DNA from: a virus
Taxonomy: Duplodnaviria > Caudoviricetes
IMG/VR virus record: IMGVR_UViG_3300038393_000230
Span: 1-25,333 of that record
Strand: one strand, 5' to 3'
Length of the DNA stretch: 25,333 nt
Positions 7,748 to 16,265 of the stretch are shown piece by piece. The notes beneath the pieces are model-generated. The model was not told the DNA's origin, did no database searches, and was given only the letters and a program-made list of their open reading frames with translations. The translations under genes and the position numbers were made by a program. Within the stretch, counting starts at the first letter, position 1, and every line of letters begins with the position of its first letter.

Positions 7748-8693
7748 GCACGCCCCCGGCCGTATCCGGCTTGGTCGGCACCACGATGGACTTCACGCCG
7801 GTCACGACTGGATCGGACAGGCCGTTAGCCTTGGCGATGGCGGTCCAACTGGTCGCGTCGCCGTACTGCTGCGCGGCGATGTCGAACAGGTTTCCACCGG
7901 CCACCGTGACCGTCCGCGCGTTGCCCGAGACGCTTCCAAGGTTGGCAGTCATACGTCCCATGACGTTCTGCAGGCTGAATAGCGCCGGCTGGCTGTTGAA
8001 GCTGTTGACCTGCGTGGCGAGCTTAGCGACCGACTGCGACAACGGCGTATTCGGCGCCAGGCCACCAAGGGTCGAAACATTCTGCGAGGTGTTGATGGCC
8101 GCCGATACGAGAGTGCCGACGCGCGCCCTAACTGCTGCGATGGGCTGAAGCACACCATTCAAGGTCGATTGCGCCGCGTTGGCGAAGGTCGATACGCCCT
8201 TGATCGCCGTGTCCAGCGTGCCGAGCAGACCGGACAGCGTGCTATCGCCAATGCTGGTGCCTAGCGCATTCGCTGCGTTCATGTCGCCGGCCATCTGATC
8301 ATCGATATCCGGCACCGCGCCGGCCATGGTTGGCGTGGCTCGATCTTCGACCACTGTGCAACTGATCCGGTAGGGCAGCCGATTCACCAGCTCAAACTGC
8401 GCATCGAAGCGCTGGATGACCACCAGGAAGCGCAGCTGCGACCAGGTAAGCACCAGCCCCTGCCCGAGGATGCGCTGCGTGTTGAGGTACAGCGCCCGGT
8501 CGAGCGCGGTCGGCCCCATGAAGTAGCCCGACCACTCCAGCGGCATGTCCTGCCGGCCCATGGCATCGACCACGCGCACACCGCCGACCAACTCATGCAC
8601 GGTCAGCGCCTGATCGCCACCGAAGGCAATGCGCTCGGGCACTTCCAGGCCGGCGAATGTGATGTCGCCGAGGGTGACTTGGGTCTGCGCCAT
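7737..8693 (-). CDS. Tail tube initiator/baseplate protein with C-terminal LysM (gpX-like) domain
   Basis: Immediately after TMP; gpU-like N-terminal region and C-terminal GNLFDIAAQQYGDATSWTAIAKANGL. Confidence 0.75.
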   Translation of the reverse strand: MAQTQVTLGDITFAGLEVPERIAFGGDQALTVHELVGGVRVVDAMGRQDMPLEWSGYFMGPTALDRALYLNTQRILGQGLVLTWSQLRFLVVIQRFDAQFELVNRLPYRISCTVVEDRATPTMAGAVPDIDDQMAGDMNAANALGTSIGDSTLSGLLGTLDTAIKGVSTFANAAQSTLNGVLQPIAAVRARVGTLVSAAINTSQNVSTLGGLAPNTPLSQSVAKLATQVNSFNSQPALFSLQNVMGRMTANLGSVSGNARTVTVAGGNLFDIAAQQYGDATSWTAIAKANGLSDPVVTGVKSIVVPTKPDTAGGVLGF

Positions 8694-10630
8694 TAGTTGC
8701 TCGTCACGCCCACGGGCGTCGGGTAGCGGGTCGGGTCGAAGCCGGATACGCCCGACTGCGGGCGGCTGGCGGCGCGGGCCTGGTGCGGGGTGATTGCCTC
8801 AGCGACCTTGCGCCCGTCGATGTTGATCGTGGTGTGGACCACGCCCCGGGGACCAACGCTAGGCGGCAGGCCATGGAAGTCGCCCGTGTGGTTGACAGGG
8901 CCGCGGCCGTTCATGCGATCAACCGACGCCTGCGCCTCCCTGTTGCCCAGGAACGCCATGACGTGGGCACCGATGGCTCCGATACGATCGCCTGCCTTGG
9001 TCCCCGCGTAGTAGTTGTCGTATAGGTAGCCGCCCGCCTTCCAGCCGGCATAGGCAGCAACGAACACGCCAGCCGCTTGGGATAGCAGGCCAAGGGCGCC
9101 GACGACGCTGGTCAGGCTCTTGCCGATCGAGAGGATGCCGCCTGCACCGCCCACCTCACTGAAAAGCATCGCCTTTCCAAAGATTCCAAGCGACGAGGCC
9201 AGCCGGACCACACCAGCCGAACCGCCGATGGCATTGAAGGCGAGAGCCAGTCCCAAACCGCGGAAGGCTGCGCCCAGGAGCAGGACCGCACCACCGAAGG
9301 CCATGCTTGCCGACAGGCCGATAAAGGACCACATCAACACCTTGACGGTGGTCGTATGGTTCTTCGCCCACTTCGTCATTTTCTCCATCTCATCCGTGAG
9401 CCAGGTGAAGCCCTTGATGAGCTTGGGCATGATGGTGAAGGCAAGTTGCGCCTGCAGATTGTTCCACTGCTTCTGCAACGCCATCTCGGCCATCATGGGG
9501 TCGCTCTTAAGCAACTGGTTGTAGGCGTCGATACCGCTCGCCTGCGCAATCAACCCCTGGTCGCGCTTGAACTTCCACGGCTGCTCAAGCATCTGCGTGG
9601 CGACGAAGCCCGACGTGCGATTCGGGAACAGGTATTGCAGCGCTTCCTTCTGCTTCTCAGGTGTGTTGTACCCCGCCTTCGCGAGAGCTGGTGCCAGTAC
9701 CTTTTGCGTCCACTCGAACGGATTGGCCTGGAACATGGCCGAGCCCATGATGCCGCCCGGCTCGACACCCTTGGCCGAATGCGTCTTGGTCCAGACGATC
9801 TTGGACGGATCGAGCAGGCCGAGCTTTTCCCACACCTTGAGCGACTTCTGCGGGATGGTGCCGCCCACCACGGCGGCATACATCGACATGAGGGCATTAC
9901 CGGGGCCGCCCGAGCCGCCACCGCTCCCGCCGTTGGTCTTCATCTCCTGGATGAGCGTCGGCAGGATGGTGTAGGCAAAGGCGTCGTTCCAGCCAGTCGT
10001 CGCCGCGCGGCCGTACTTGAACGCGCTGAGGAAGTCATTGCCCGACACCTTGCCACCCGAGGCGATCATGGCCTTGGTGATCATGTCCGCCTGTGCGCTG
10101 AACTGGCCCGGATCTTTCACCGCGCCCTTCATTTCCAGCGCCTTGGCGATGGTGTACGCCTGATCGCCTGCATTGCCGCCGAGCAGGTTGCTCAGCACGC
10201 CCTGCATCCGCTGGACGACAGGCATGTATTGGATGGCGTGGCCCGTGTCGCCAAAGACCATGCGCAGCTCGCGGATGGCGGCCAGGTTCTCGGCGGCGTT
10301 GGCCGTGGGAACCGTTTTGGCCGCGTCCCAGGCAGCTTTCGTCGCCTTGATGATTTCCAGGTGCTTCATGCCGGTGACGTTCATCAGCTGCAGCTGGTGG
10401 GCGTACTCGGCCGCCGGCTTGATCATCTTTCCGACAACGGTCAGCCCAGCCGCGCCAACGCCCAGTAGCGCGCCCCCCTTGATCGCCATGCTCTGGATCG
10501 AATCGAGGCGCTTCTGTAGGCGCTTGGCGTCCTGCTCCGTCTGGACGAAGGCCCGTGACAAGCCCAGCAGACCGGCGCTAGCATGGTTCACTAGGCTGAT
10601 GCGTACGCCGATGGAATAGGCTTCGAACAT
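8693..10630 (-). CDS. Tail tape measure protein (645 aa)
   Basis: Longest tail ORF, Ala/Gly-rich and helical with hydrophobic segments in the C-terminal third; downstream of tube and chaperones. Confidence 0.88.
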   Translation of the reverse strand: MFEAYSIGVRISLVNHASAGLLGLSRAFVQTEQDAKRLQKRLDSIQSMAIKGGALLGVGAAGLTVVGKMIKPAAEYAHQLQLMNVTGMKHLEIIKATKAAWDAAKTVPTANAAENLAAIRELRMVFGDTGHAIQYMPVVQRMQGVLSNLLGGNAGDQAYTIAKALEMKGAVKDPGQFSAQADMITKAMIASGGKVSGNDFLSAFKYGRAATTGWNDAFAYTILPTLIQEMKTNGGSGGGSGGPGNALMSMYAAVVGGTIPQKSLKVWEKLGLLDPSKIVWTKTHSAKGVEPGGIMGSAMFQANPFEWTQKVLAPALAKAGYNTPEKQKEALQYLFPNRTSGFVATQMLEQPWKFKRDQGLIAQASGIDAYNQLLKSDPMMAEMALQKQWNNLQAQLAFTIMPKLIKGFTWLTDEMEKMTKWAKNHTTTVKVLMWSFIGLSASMAFGGAVLLLGAAFRGLGLALAFNAIGGSAGVVRLASSLGIFGKAMLFSEVGGAGGILSIGKSLTSVVGALGLLSQAAGVFVAAYAGWKAGGYLYDNYYAGTKAGDRIGAIGAHVMAFLGNREAQASVDRMNGRGPVNHTGDFHGLPPSVGPRGVVHTTINIDGRKVAEAITPHQARAASRPQSGVSGFDPTRYPTPVGVTSN

Positions 10631-10862
10631 GGCTACTCTCTATTTACGCTTGTTGGAATGGTGCGCGGATAGCTCGCAGCGGGTGCAATACCCACTGCCG
10701 CGCGAGAAAGAGCCTTCGACGCCGCCGCTACGAGTCAGTTGGCGCCACTCCATGCCGATGTATGTCCGGGTCAGCCTGGCGCTGATCTGCGCCGCCGTAT
10801 TCGTGTTTTCAGTGGTAGTGATCGGCGCGCTTGCGGTGGTTCTGTGGTCCCTGATCCGCTAG
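10629..10862 (+). CDS. Small membrane protein on the opposite strand (77 aa)
   Basis: Exactly fills the gap between TMP and the 10866 gene; long C-terminal hydrophobic segment VSLALICAAVFVFSVVVIGALAVVLWSLI. Confidence 0.65.
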   Translation: MATLYLRLLEWCADSSQRVQYPLPREKEPSTPPLRVSWRHSMPMYVRVSLALICAAVFVFSVVVIGALAVVLWSLIR

Positions 10863-10865
10863 GGA

Positions 10866-11357
10866 CTAGGAAACCTCGCCCTCATACCCCAGCGCCGCAT
10901 GGATCGGGTCAGCGCCAACGAGTCCGCTGAATGCCGACGCGCCGAGGATGCGCTTGATCCGCTCCCCGTTATGGATCACCGCGGGGCCGAGGAAGGGCCG
11001 CGGCGGAATCGTCGGGGTGCCGATTTCCTGATACAGCGCCACCGGGTCAGGGCTTCCGATGACCGCTTCCAGCGCCCCCACTTGATGGCTGATCGAGTCG
11101 CGCAAATCGCCCTTGCGAAGCAGCGGAGCATCCGGCTCATAGCCCAGCCGCGCTTTTTCCGCTTCGGTACTGTCGGCCAGTGGCGCCCAAGCCGGAAACG
11201 GGCCAACTGCCTGCTGGTAGAACCCGATTTCGTCCTTGGCCGTCGCCTCCACATGCTTGGCGCAGACCTTCAGCCCTTCATGCAGCGCCAACACTTCCTT
11301 GACCTGCAGTGTCAGGAGGTGCCCGGCGAAGCTGCCCAGCGAATCGAAGTGGCGCAT
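10866..11357 (-). CDS. Virion morphogenesis/tail completion protein (HK97 gp10-like)
   Basis: Motifs PLLRKGDLRDSI and ALYQEIGTPTIPPRPFLGPA, matching the family's 'E.GT...PPRPFL.PA' signature. Confidence 0.78.
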   Translation of the reverse strand: MRHFDSLGSFAGHLLTLQVKEVLALHEGLKVCAKHVEATAKDEIGFYQQAVGPFPAWAPLADSTEAEKARLGYEPDAPLLRKGDLRDSISHQVGALEAVIGSPDPVALYQEIGTPTIPPRPFLGPAVIHNGERIKRILGASAFSGLVGADPIHAALGYEGEVS

Positions 11358-11533
11358 TACTTGGGCTCCACGAAGCGCATGGCCTGCCAGTCGAAGGTTG
11401 CGCCGTCCATCTCGCTGAAGCTGATGGTGAAGGCCGCCCGGGTCACATCATCCAGCCCGAACGCCACGTCGAACGGAACGCCCTTGCTCACGAGGTAGAG
11501 GCATTCCCGGATGGGTGCCGACGTGGCTAGCTT
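11357..11533 (-). CDS. C-terminal extension of tail assembly chaperone (gpT-like), reached by -1 frameshift
   Basis: The -1 frame after CTA AAA AGC TAG reads KLATSAPIRECLYLVSKGVPFDVAFGLDD...FDWQAMRFVEPK* (58 aa). Its TAA overlaps the next ATG (TAATG). Confidence 0.75.
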   Translation of the reverse strand, partial: KLATSAPIRECLYLVSKGVPFDVAFGLDDVTRAAFTISFSEMDGATFDWQAMRFVEPK

Positions 11534-11892
11534 TTTAGCGCCGCCTTGTCAGCTTCCGGGTCCGGGTTGCCGAAGTGCTCCGTGACACCTTCCATCACCG
11601 CTTTGATGCCATCCTCGTCGAGCTGCTGGATCAGCGCCTCGATCTGCATCTTGTTGCGCGCACTGACTGGCGCCCCGTCGATGCTGGCGACGTAGATCAG
11701 CGGCAGCACCATGCCCATGTAGACCTGGTTGCTGGCAGACTCGCCCAGCGTTTCCACCAGGCGGTATTGGGCCAGTACCCCAGGCTTGCGCAGCTTGATG
11801 ACGCGGGCGCGTGCATCGATGACTTCCGCTTCCTGCTTCGCCGCGGCAAGCAGCTCGGCCGATGGCGTCACTTCAACCCTTAGGTCACCCAT
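11527..11892 (-). CDS. Tail assembly chaperone (gpG-like, 121 aa)
   Basis: Between tube and TMP region; ends at a slippery A run. Confidence 0.8.
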   Translation of the reverse strand: MGDLRVEVTPSAELLAAAKQEAEVIDARARVIKLRKPGVLAQYRLVETLGESASNQVYMGMVLPLIYVASIDGAPVSARNKMQIEALIQQLDEDGIKAVMEGVTEHFGNPDPEADKAALKS

Positions 11893-12326
11893 TACGCCAC
11901 CTGCTGGCGCTGGCTGGCGAAGAAGCCGATGGTCTGCTCGATCTTGCTGTCGCCAGACTTCTTGCCGGCTTCCTCGAAGGAGAGCGACACACCGACATAG
12001 CGGTACTGACTGACCGAGCCGTCCGCTTCCTGGATGGTTTCGGTGATGCTGCCGGTCAGAACGTTCTGGCCGGCGTAGTAGCCAGCTTCCTGTTGCGCGA
12101 AGAAGGCGTCGACGACGTTATTTCGCCGGTCCAGCGTGATGGTGCCGCGCCAGCCCTTGGGAATCGATGCCTCGCGGTTGATGCCATCGAGGCCAACAGA
12201 CGCGAGCTTGTTGTACTCGGGCTTGGCCTCGAAGCCGGTGGTGGTCACCGGGAGGTTGAGCACGCCGGACGGGGTGATGACATCCAGCACCACGTCCTTG
12301 CCGATGGAAAAGTCGTTGAAGGGCAT
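11892..12326 (-). CDS. Tail tube protein (144 aa)
   Basis: Directly after the sheath; size and beta-rich pattern fit; GGAGA SD. Confidence 0.82.
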   Translation of the reverse strand: MPFNDFSIGKDVVLDVITPSGVLNLPVTTTGFEAKPEYNKLASVGLDGINREASIPKGWRGTITLDRRNNVVDAFFAQQEAGYYAGQNVLTGSITETIQEADGSVSQYRYVGVSLSFEEAGKKSGDSKIEQTIGFFASQRQQVA

Positions 12327-12345
12327 CGGGGAATCTCCGGAAATG

Positions 12346-12369
12346 AAAAGCCCCGCACAGTGCTGGGCT
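12346..12369 (-). terminator. Terminator-like hairpin between sheath and tube
   Basis: Minus strand AGCCCAGCA-CTG-TGCGGGGCT followed by TTT; one mismatch and a short U tract. Confidence 0.5.
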
Positions 12370-12383
12370 AGGGACGGGTACTG

Positions 12384-13913
12384 TTAGGCGACGGTGGCGG
12401 TCTGCTGCTTGTTGACGCTGACGTTCTGGCCGCCCTGCATGTTCAGCAGGAACTTCTCGACGACGCTCAGGTACTTCACCTGCACATCCGCCTGCAGGTA
12501 GCCGGCGGCGATGCGCGAGATCGAGTTGTTGTTCAGGTCGCACTGCACGGACCACGAATCGACCTGCTTGCCGTCGAACATCGCCTGCAGGAAGGAATCG
12601 AGCGTGGCCTTGACCTGGCGGCGTACCGGGTCGGTCGGCAGGGTCGATTGCAGCTTGCCGACGAAGCGGCCCATGCCGGCGCCGAAGGTGGACGACAGGT
12701 AGTTGGTCATCCGGGTGTAGTTGTCGCCGTTGGTTCCGGTGTTGCTGGAGCTGTTGTGACCGAAGCGAGCGCCAAACTGCGCGCCCGCCGGGATCGGGTT
12801 GGCGATCACGTCGATGCCAGCGGCACCGAGCAACTGAAGCTCAGCGGTCGAATAGACCTGGTTGGCATAGCTGCGCTGGGTACCGACCACGCCATACAGC
12901 TGCTTGTTGAGGCTCGACTCTTGCGGAGCGAGGTTGGCGAGCAGGCCCGCGATGAAGCCCTGCGGCGATACCAGCCGGACCACGCCGTTCACGGTGTCGT
13001 TGAAGTACACCCAGTCGCCCAGCATCAGCTTGAAGGCGTAGGAGTCGATCCCGGCCGTGGACTTGGCGCTGGTCGCATTGGAGATGGTGTCGCCCGCCGG
13101 GCCGACGCCGATCATGTAGGTGCCTTCGGACAGTCCGTAGCTGACCTGCGTCGTCCAGGTAGTGGAGTCGTCGCAGTCGGCAAGCACGCCGATGCTGGCG
13201 CCAGTGCCGCGCAGGGCGTACATGCCCTTGCGGGTGCCGGTATCGGTGCCGACAAGAACGGTGCCGGTGATCGTTGTCGCGCCATCCGTGCCGCCGGCCA
13301 GCGAGTAGCTCGAAAGCGTCGGCGCGGTGATGCCCGCGCCAGCCGAAGCGACGATCAGGCGGGAGGGGCCGCGCAAGCCGTACTGGCCGTTGTTGATCGC
13401 AGAGGCTATGTTGGCCCACAACGTAGCGCCGCTGCCCGAGATGTTGTCGAACACCTCCGACGCCTGGCCCGGCATGGAAACGATGGCCTTGAAGCTGTTG
13501 GCGGCGCTGCCGGTAGCGATCTGCACCGTCTGCGTGTTGCCGCCGGTGCCCGTGTAGATGCTGGTGAAGGTGATGCAGTTGGTCTGCACGATGACGCTTG
13601 CCGCTACGTCCGTGCCATCGGTGACGCGCACCGCGCGGAAGTTGTTGGCGCCCTGCAGGACCGCGGCGGCTATGGCTGTGCCAAGGTCGTACTTGCGGTT
13701 CTGGATGGCGCCGAACAGGCGCGCGTAATCAGCCATGTTGCTGACGACGGTCGGGGCGTTGACCGGACCCCAGGTGGCGGTGCCGACCACGCCAAGCACG
13801 TTGGTCGGGACGCCGTTCAACTGGCTGACGGCGGGCGGGATGACCTGTACATACAGGTCCGGCACGAGCAAGGCCGTGGTGTTGATCTGGCCGCTCTGGA
13901 CGATCTGAGTCAT
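12384..13913 (-). CDS. Contractile tail sheath protein (509 aa)
   Basis: N-terminal VPDLYVQ..GVPTNVLGVVGTATWGPVNAP, FRAVRV, LAGGTDG, and C-terminal WSVQCDLNNN..GYLQADVQVKY, as in sheath proteins. Confidence 0.92.
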   Translation of the reverse strand: MTQIVQSGQINTTALLVPDLYVQVIPPAVSQLNGVPTNVLGVVGTATWGPVNAPTVVSNMADYARLFGAIQNRKYDLGTAIAAAVLQGANNFRAVRVTDGTDVAASVIVQTNCITFTSIYTGTGGNTQTVQIATGSAANSFKAIVSMPGQASEVFDNISGSGATLWANIASAINNGQYGLRGPSRLIVASAGAGITAPTLSSYSLAGGTDGATTITGTVLVGTDTGTRKGMYALRGTGASIGVLADCDDSTTWTTQVSYGLSEGTYMIGVGPAGDTISNATSAKSTAGIDSYAFKLMLGDWVYFNDTVNGVVRLVSPQGFIAGLLANLAPQESSLNKQLYGVVGTQRSYANQVYSTAELQLLGAAGIDVIANPIPAGAQFGARFGHNSSSNTGTNGDNYTRMTNYLSSTFGAGMGRFVGKLQSTLPTDPVRRQVKATLDSFLQAMFDGKQVDSWSVQCDLNNNSISRIAAGYLQADVQVKYLSVVEKFLLNMQGGQNVSVNKQQTATVA

Positions 13914-13930
13914 GGGGAATCTCCGGGCAT

Positions 13931-13951
13931 AAAAAAGCCCGCGAGGCGGGC
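13931..13951 (-). terminator. Terminator-like hairpin upstream of sheath
   Basis: Minus strand GCCCGC-CTC-GCGGGC followed by T6. Confidence 0.7.
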
Positions 13952-13975
13952 GTCAGGGCTTGCGGTGGGTGGCGG

Positions 13976-14137
13976 TCAGTCGGACTTGCTGCGCTCAGGC
14001 TTGGGCGGATCGGGCTGCTCGCTGGCGACCACGCTGGCGGGGTGGCTTTCCAGCACGCGGGCGATTTCCTGCGCATCGGTGATTTGGGAGCCGCGGGCGT
14101 AATCGCCGAACGCGGATACAACGGTCAGGATCTTCAT
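13976..14137 (-). CDS. Small hypothetical protein (53 aa) upstream of sheath; not in the ORF track
   Basis: Read manually: MKILTVVSAFGDYARGSQITDAQEIARVLESHPASVVASEQPDPPKPERSKSD*. Fills the gap; small genes commonly precede the sheath in Mu-like tails. Confidence 0.65.
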   Translation of the reverse strand: MKILTVVSAFGDYARGSQITDAQEIARVLESHPASVVASEQPDPPKPERSKSD

Positions 14138-14144
14138 GGGCGGC

Positions 14145-14996
14145 TCACTGGTAGAGGGTGGATGCCTGCACGGCGTTGCCGTCCGGGCCGGTGATGCTGT
14201 CGTTTTCTTGCGTCACGATCACTTCGGTCGCGTTCGCGCTCTGCGTGGTCGAATACTCGACCGAGTACATGAGGTCGCGCCGGTACAGGTTGGCCTTTTG
14301 CACCATGTCGTCGATGTGCGAGGCGACATAGATCACCCGGCCGCCGGTGCCATCGGCCAGGGAAAGCCATTCAGTGCCGGACAGGGCGTTGTCGATCGCC
14401 TTGGCGGTGGCCTTCCGGTGGTCGGGGGTGTCGGCCCAGACGGTTATCTGCATGGTGCGCTGCGTGGTGCGGGTCAGACGCTGCACCGTGGCTGCTGTGC
14501 CGGAGCGTGCCGCCGTGACTGTACTGGTCGCCGGCAAGGTGATGACTGCACCCGATGACGTAGCCCCGGTGATCTGTGCCGCCAGTGCCGCGGCAACAGT
14601 GGCCAGCGTGTCGCCGGCCTGCACTGCGTAGGTGTAGGCGGCATTGCTGACGATCAGTCCCACGTTCTGCGGCGTGCTGACCGTCCCGGCCAAGGTCACT
14701 GTCTGCCCGCTCACTGACAGCGAGATGGACGGCGTGGGCGCACTGCCCTGCTGGTAGTCGGTGAAGTACCGCGTGCTGTTCTTTTCGGTGGCGGTCGGGA
14801 ACATCGTGACGTGAATCCGCCCGCCCTTGCCATTGGTGAAGCCAGCCATGTCCGCGTCGAGCTGGGACGACTGCGGCCAGCCGGCATAGATGAGCGTGGG
14901 AAGGCCCGTGATGGCCGCCTGCCCTGTCCCGTTGGGATAGATCACGCCAGCGATCAGCGATACCAGCGCGTCGGATACATCCTCGATGTCGGCCAT
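14145..14996 (-). CDS. Putative tail terminator/neck protein (283 aa)
   Basis: Last neck gene before the sheath; C-terminal MQITVWADTPDHR..IDNAL..LYRRDLMYSVEY resembles the terminator fold. Assignment mostly positional. Confidence 0.6.
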   Translation of the reverse strand: MADIEDVSDALVSLIAGVIYPNGTGQAAITGLPTLIYAGWPQSSQLDADMAGFTNGKGGRIHVTMFPTATEKNSTRYFTDYQQGSAPTPSISLSVSGQTVTLAGTVSTPQNVGLIVSNAAYTYAVQAGDTLATVAAALAAQITGATSSGAVITLPATSTVTAARSGTAATVQRLTRTTQRTMQITVWADTPDHRKATAKAIDNALSGTEWLSLADGTGGRVIYVASHIDDMVQKANLYRRDLMYSVEYSTTQSANATEVIVTQENDSITGPDGNAVQASTLYQ

Positions 14997-15643
14997 CAGG
15001 TTTCGGCCTCCATCATGTTGATCCGCCAGCCCAACTCCGATAGCTCCGCGCTGGAAATCACGTAGCGGCCGCCCAGGTCGTCGGTCACCACGTCGTGGTT
15101 CATAATCGTCACGCCGCCCGGGATCAAGGGCAGCAGCAACGTGGCCCAGCCGGAGCGCACGTCGCCCGGCAGGTTCACTGGACCCTTTTCCGCCTTTGTC
15201 GAAAGCAGGATGGAAGCGGGGAACGTGGTGACGATGGCGGTTTGATTGCCTGCCGTGTTACCGCCGTAGGCCACTGCGCCCAGGCCCGGCTCCTGCTGGG
15301 GTCGATAGACATTCACCACGCGGTTACACAGCACCGCCGCAATCGGCAGCAGCGGTTCCATGGCTGCGATGAAGTAGGTGAAGCCGTTGCCGGTCAGGTA
15401 GTCGCCTGGAGCCAGCAAACGGCCATCGGCGAGGCAGAACCATACGGCCTTGCCGTAGGCGCTGACCTTGCCGTATTTCATGTCCTGCACGTTGAAGCTC
15501 GCCGGCAGGCTGCGCAGCTTGTATCCGGCGCTCAGCGCGTTGACCGCACTGGTGGGCCGGTACTGGTCGAACGACAGGCCGATGCGTTGAGCCGCCTGCG
15601 TGTAGCCGTAGTACACGCGGGCCTGAAGCGTGGCGCCGTCCAT
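14996..15643 (-). CDS. Putative head-closure/neck protein (215 aa)
   Basis: Translationally coupled between adaptor and terminator genes; positional call. Confidence 0.55.
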   Translation of the reverse strand: MDGATLQARVYYGYTQAAQRIGLSFDQYRPTSAVNALSAGYKLRSLPASFNVQDMKYGKVSAYGKAVWFCLADGRLLAPGDYLTGNGFTYFIAAMEPLLPIAAVLCNRVVNVYRPQQEPGLGAVAYGGNTAGNQTAIVTTFPASILLSTKAEKGPVNLPGDVRSGWATLLLPLIPGGVTIMNHDVVTDDLGGRYVISSAELSELGWRINMMEAET

Positions 15644-16038
15644 CAGACCACCAGAGGGATGGTGCTGCTATCCCCGGCGTAGTTCGGCCCCGGCGGAACG
15701 CCCAGAAAGCGCATCAGCCGGCGGCAGGAATAGTTGAACAGGCGCACGCGGTCGCGCACCTCGTTCTTGTTGTGGGTCCAGACCGCCGCAGCGTCGGTGT
15801 CGAGGTTGTCTGTCGCGCCCGTGATGGCCTGCTCCAACGTGTAGAGGTTGTTCGGGCCGGTCAGGTACGTGGTTCGCAACGTGGTTTCCTCATCCGCCGA
15901 TAGATTCGTGAGGCGGTATTCCAGCGTGCCGTAGGCCTGGAAGAAGCGGTAGGACTGAAACGATTGCGGCGTGCCACCGAACAAGGGATAGCCGCAGAAC
16001 CGGCGGATGTCTACGCGCTCCTGATCGGTGAAGGCCAT
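15643..16038 (-). CDS. Putative head-tail adaptor (131 aa)
   Basis: Helical protein shortly after the capsid gene; positional call. Confidence 0.55.
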   Translation of the reverse strand: MAFTDQERVDIRRFCGYPLFGGTPQSFQSYRFFQAYGTLEYRLTNLSADEETTLRTTYLTGPNNLYTLEQAITGATDNLDTDAAAVWTHNKNEVRDRVRLFNYSCRRLMRFLGVPPGPNYAGDSSTIPLVV

Positions 16039-16039
16039 G

Positions 16040-16210
16040 TCAGACCGCCTCGACCGGCGCCTGGCGCTCAGTCAGCAGGGCCGCATCCGCACCCTCGACG
16101 CACTGGCCGGCGAACCATTCGCGCATATGGCCGTCCTCTTCGTAGAAGCGGTAGGGCGCCAGCAGACGAACCGCGCTCTGCTCGCCCTGCTCTTTGCGTG
16201 GCTTTGCCAT
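16040..16210 (-). CDS. Small hypothetical protein (56 aa) after capsid gene
   Basis: GGAGG SD before ATG 16210; MAKPRKEQGEQSAVRLLAPYRFYEEDG... Confidence 0.7.
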   Translation of the reverse strand: MAKPRKEQGEQSAVRLLAPYRFYEEDGHMREWFAGQCVEGADAALLTERQAPVEAV

Positions 16211-16221
16211 GTATCCCTCCG

Positions 16222-16255
16222 AAAAAAAAAGCGGGGCGACCCCATGCCGCCCCGC
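16222..16255 (-). terminator. Intrinsic terminator after major capsid gene
   Basis: 8-bp stem GCGGGGCG/CGCCCCGC followed by T9 on the minus strand, about 10 nt after the capsid stop. Confidence 0.85.
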
Positions 16256-16265
16256 CGGTTGTGCC

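Noticed and set aside
12648-14102. Long plus-strand ORFs (484 aa here; also 6560-7726, 9356-10468, 16194-17381, 18680-19762, 20092-21027)
   Set aside because: Antisense shadows of GC-rich structural genes with no recognisable motifs.
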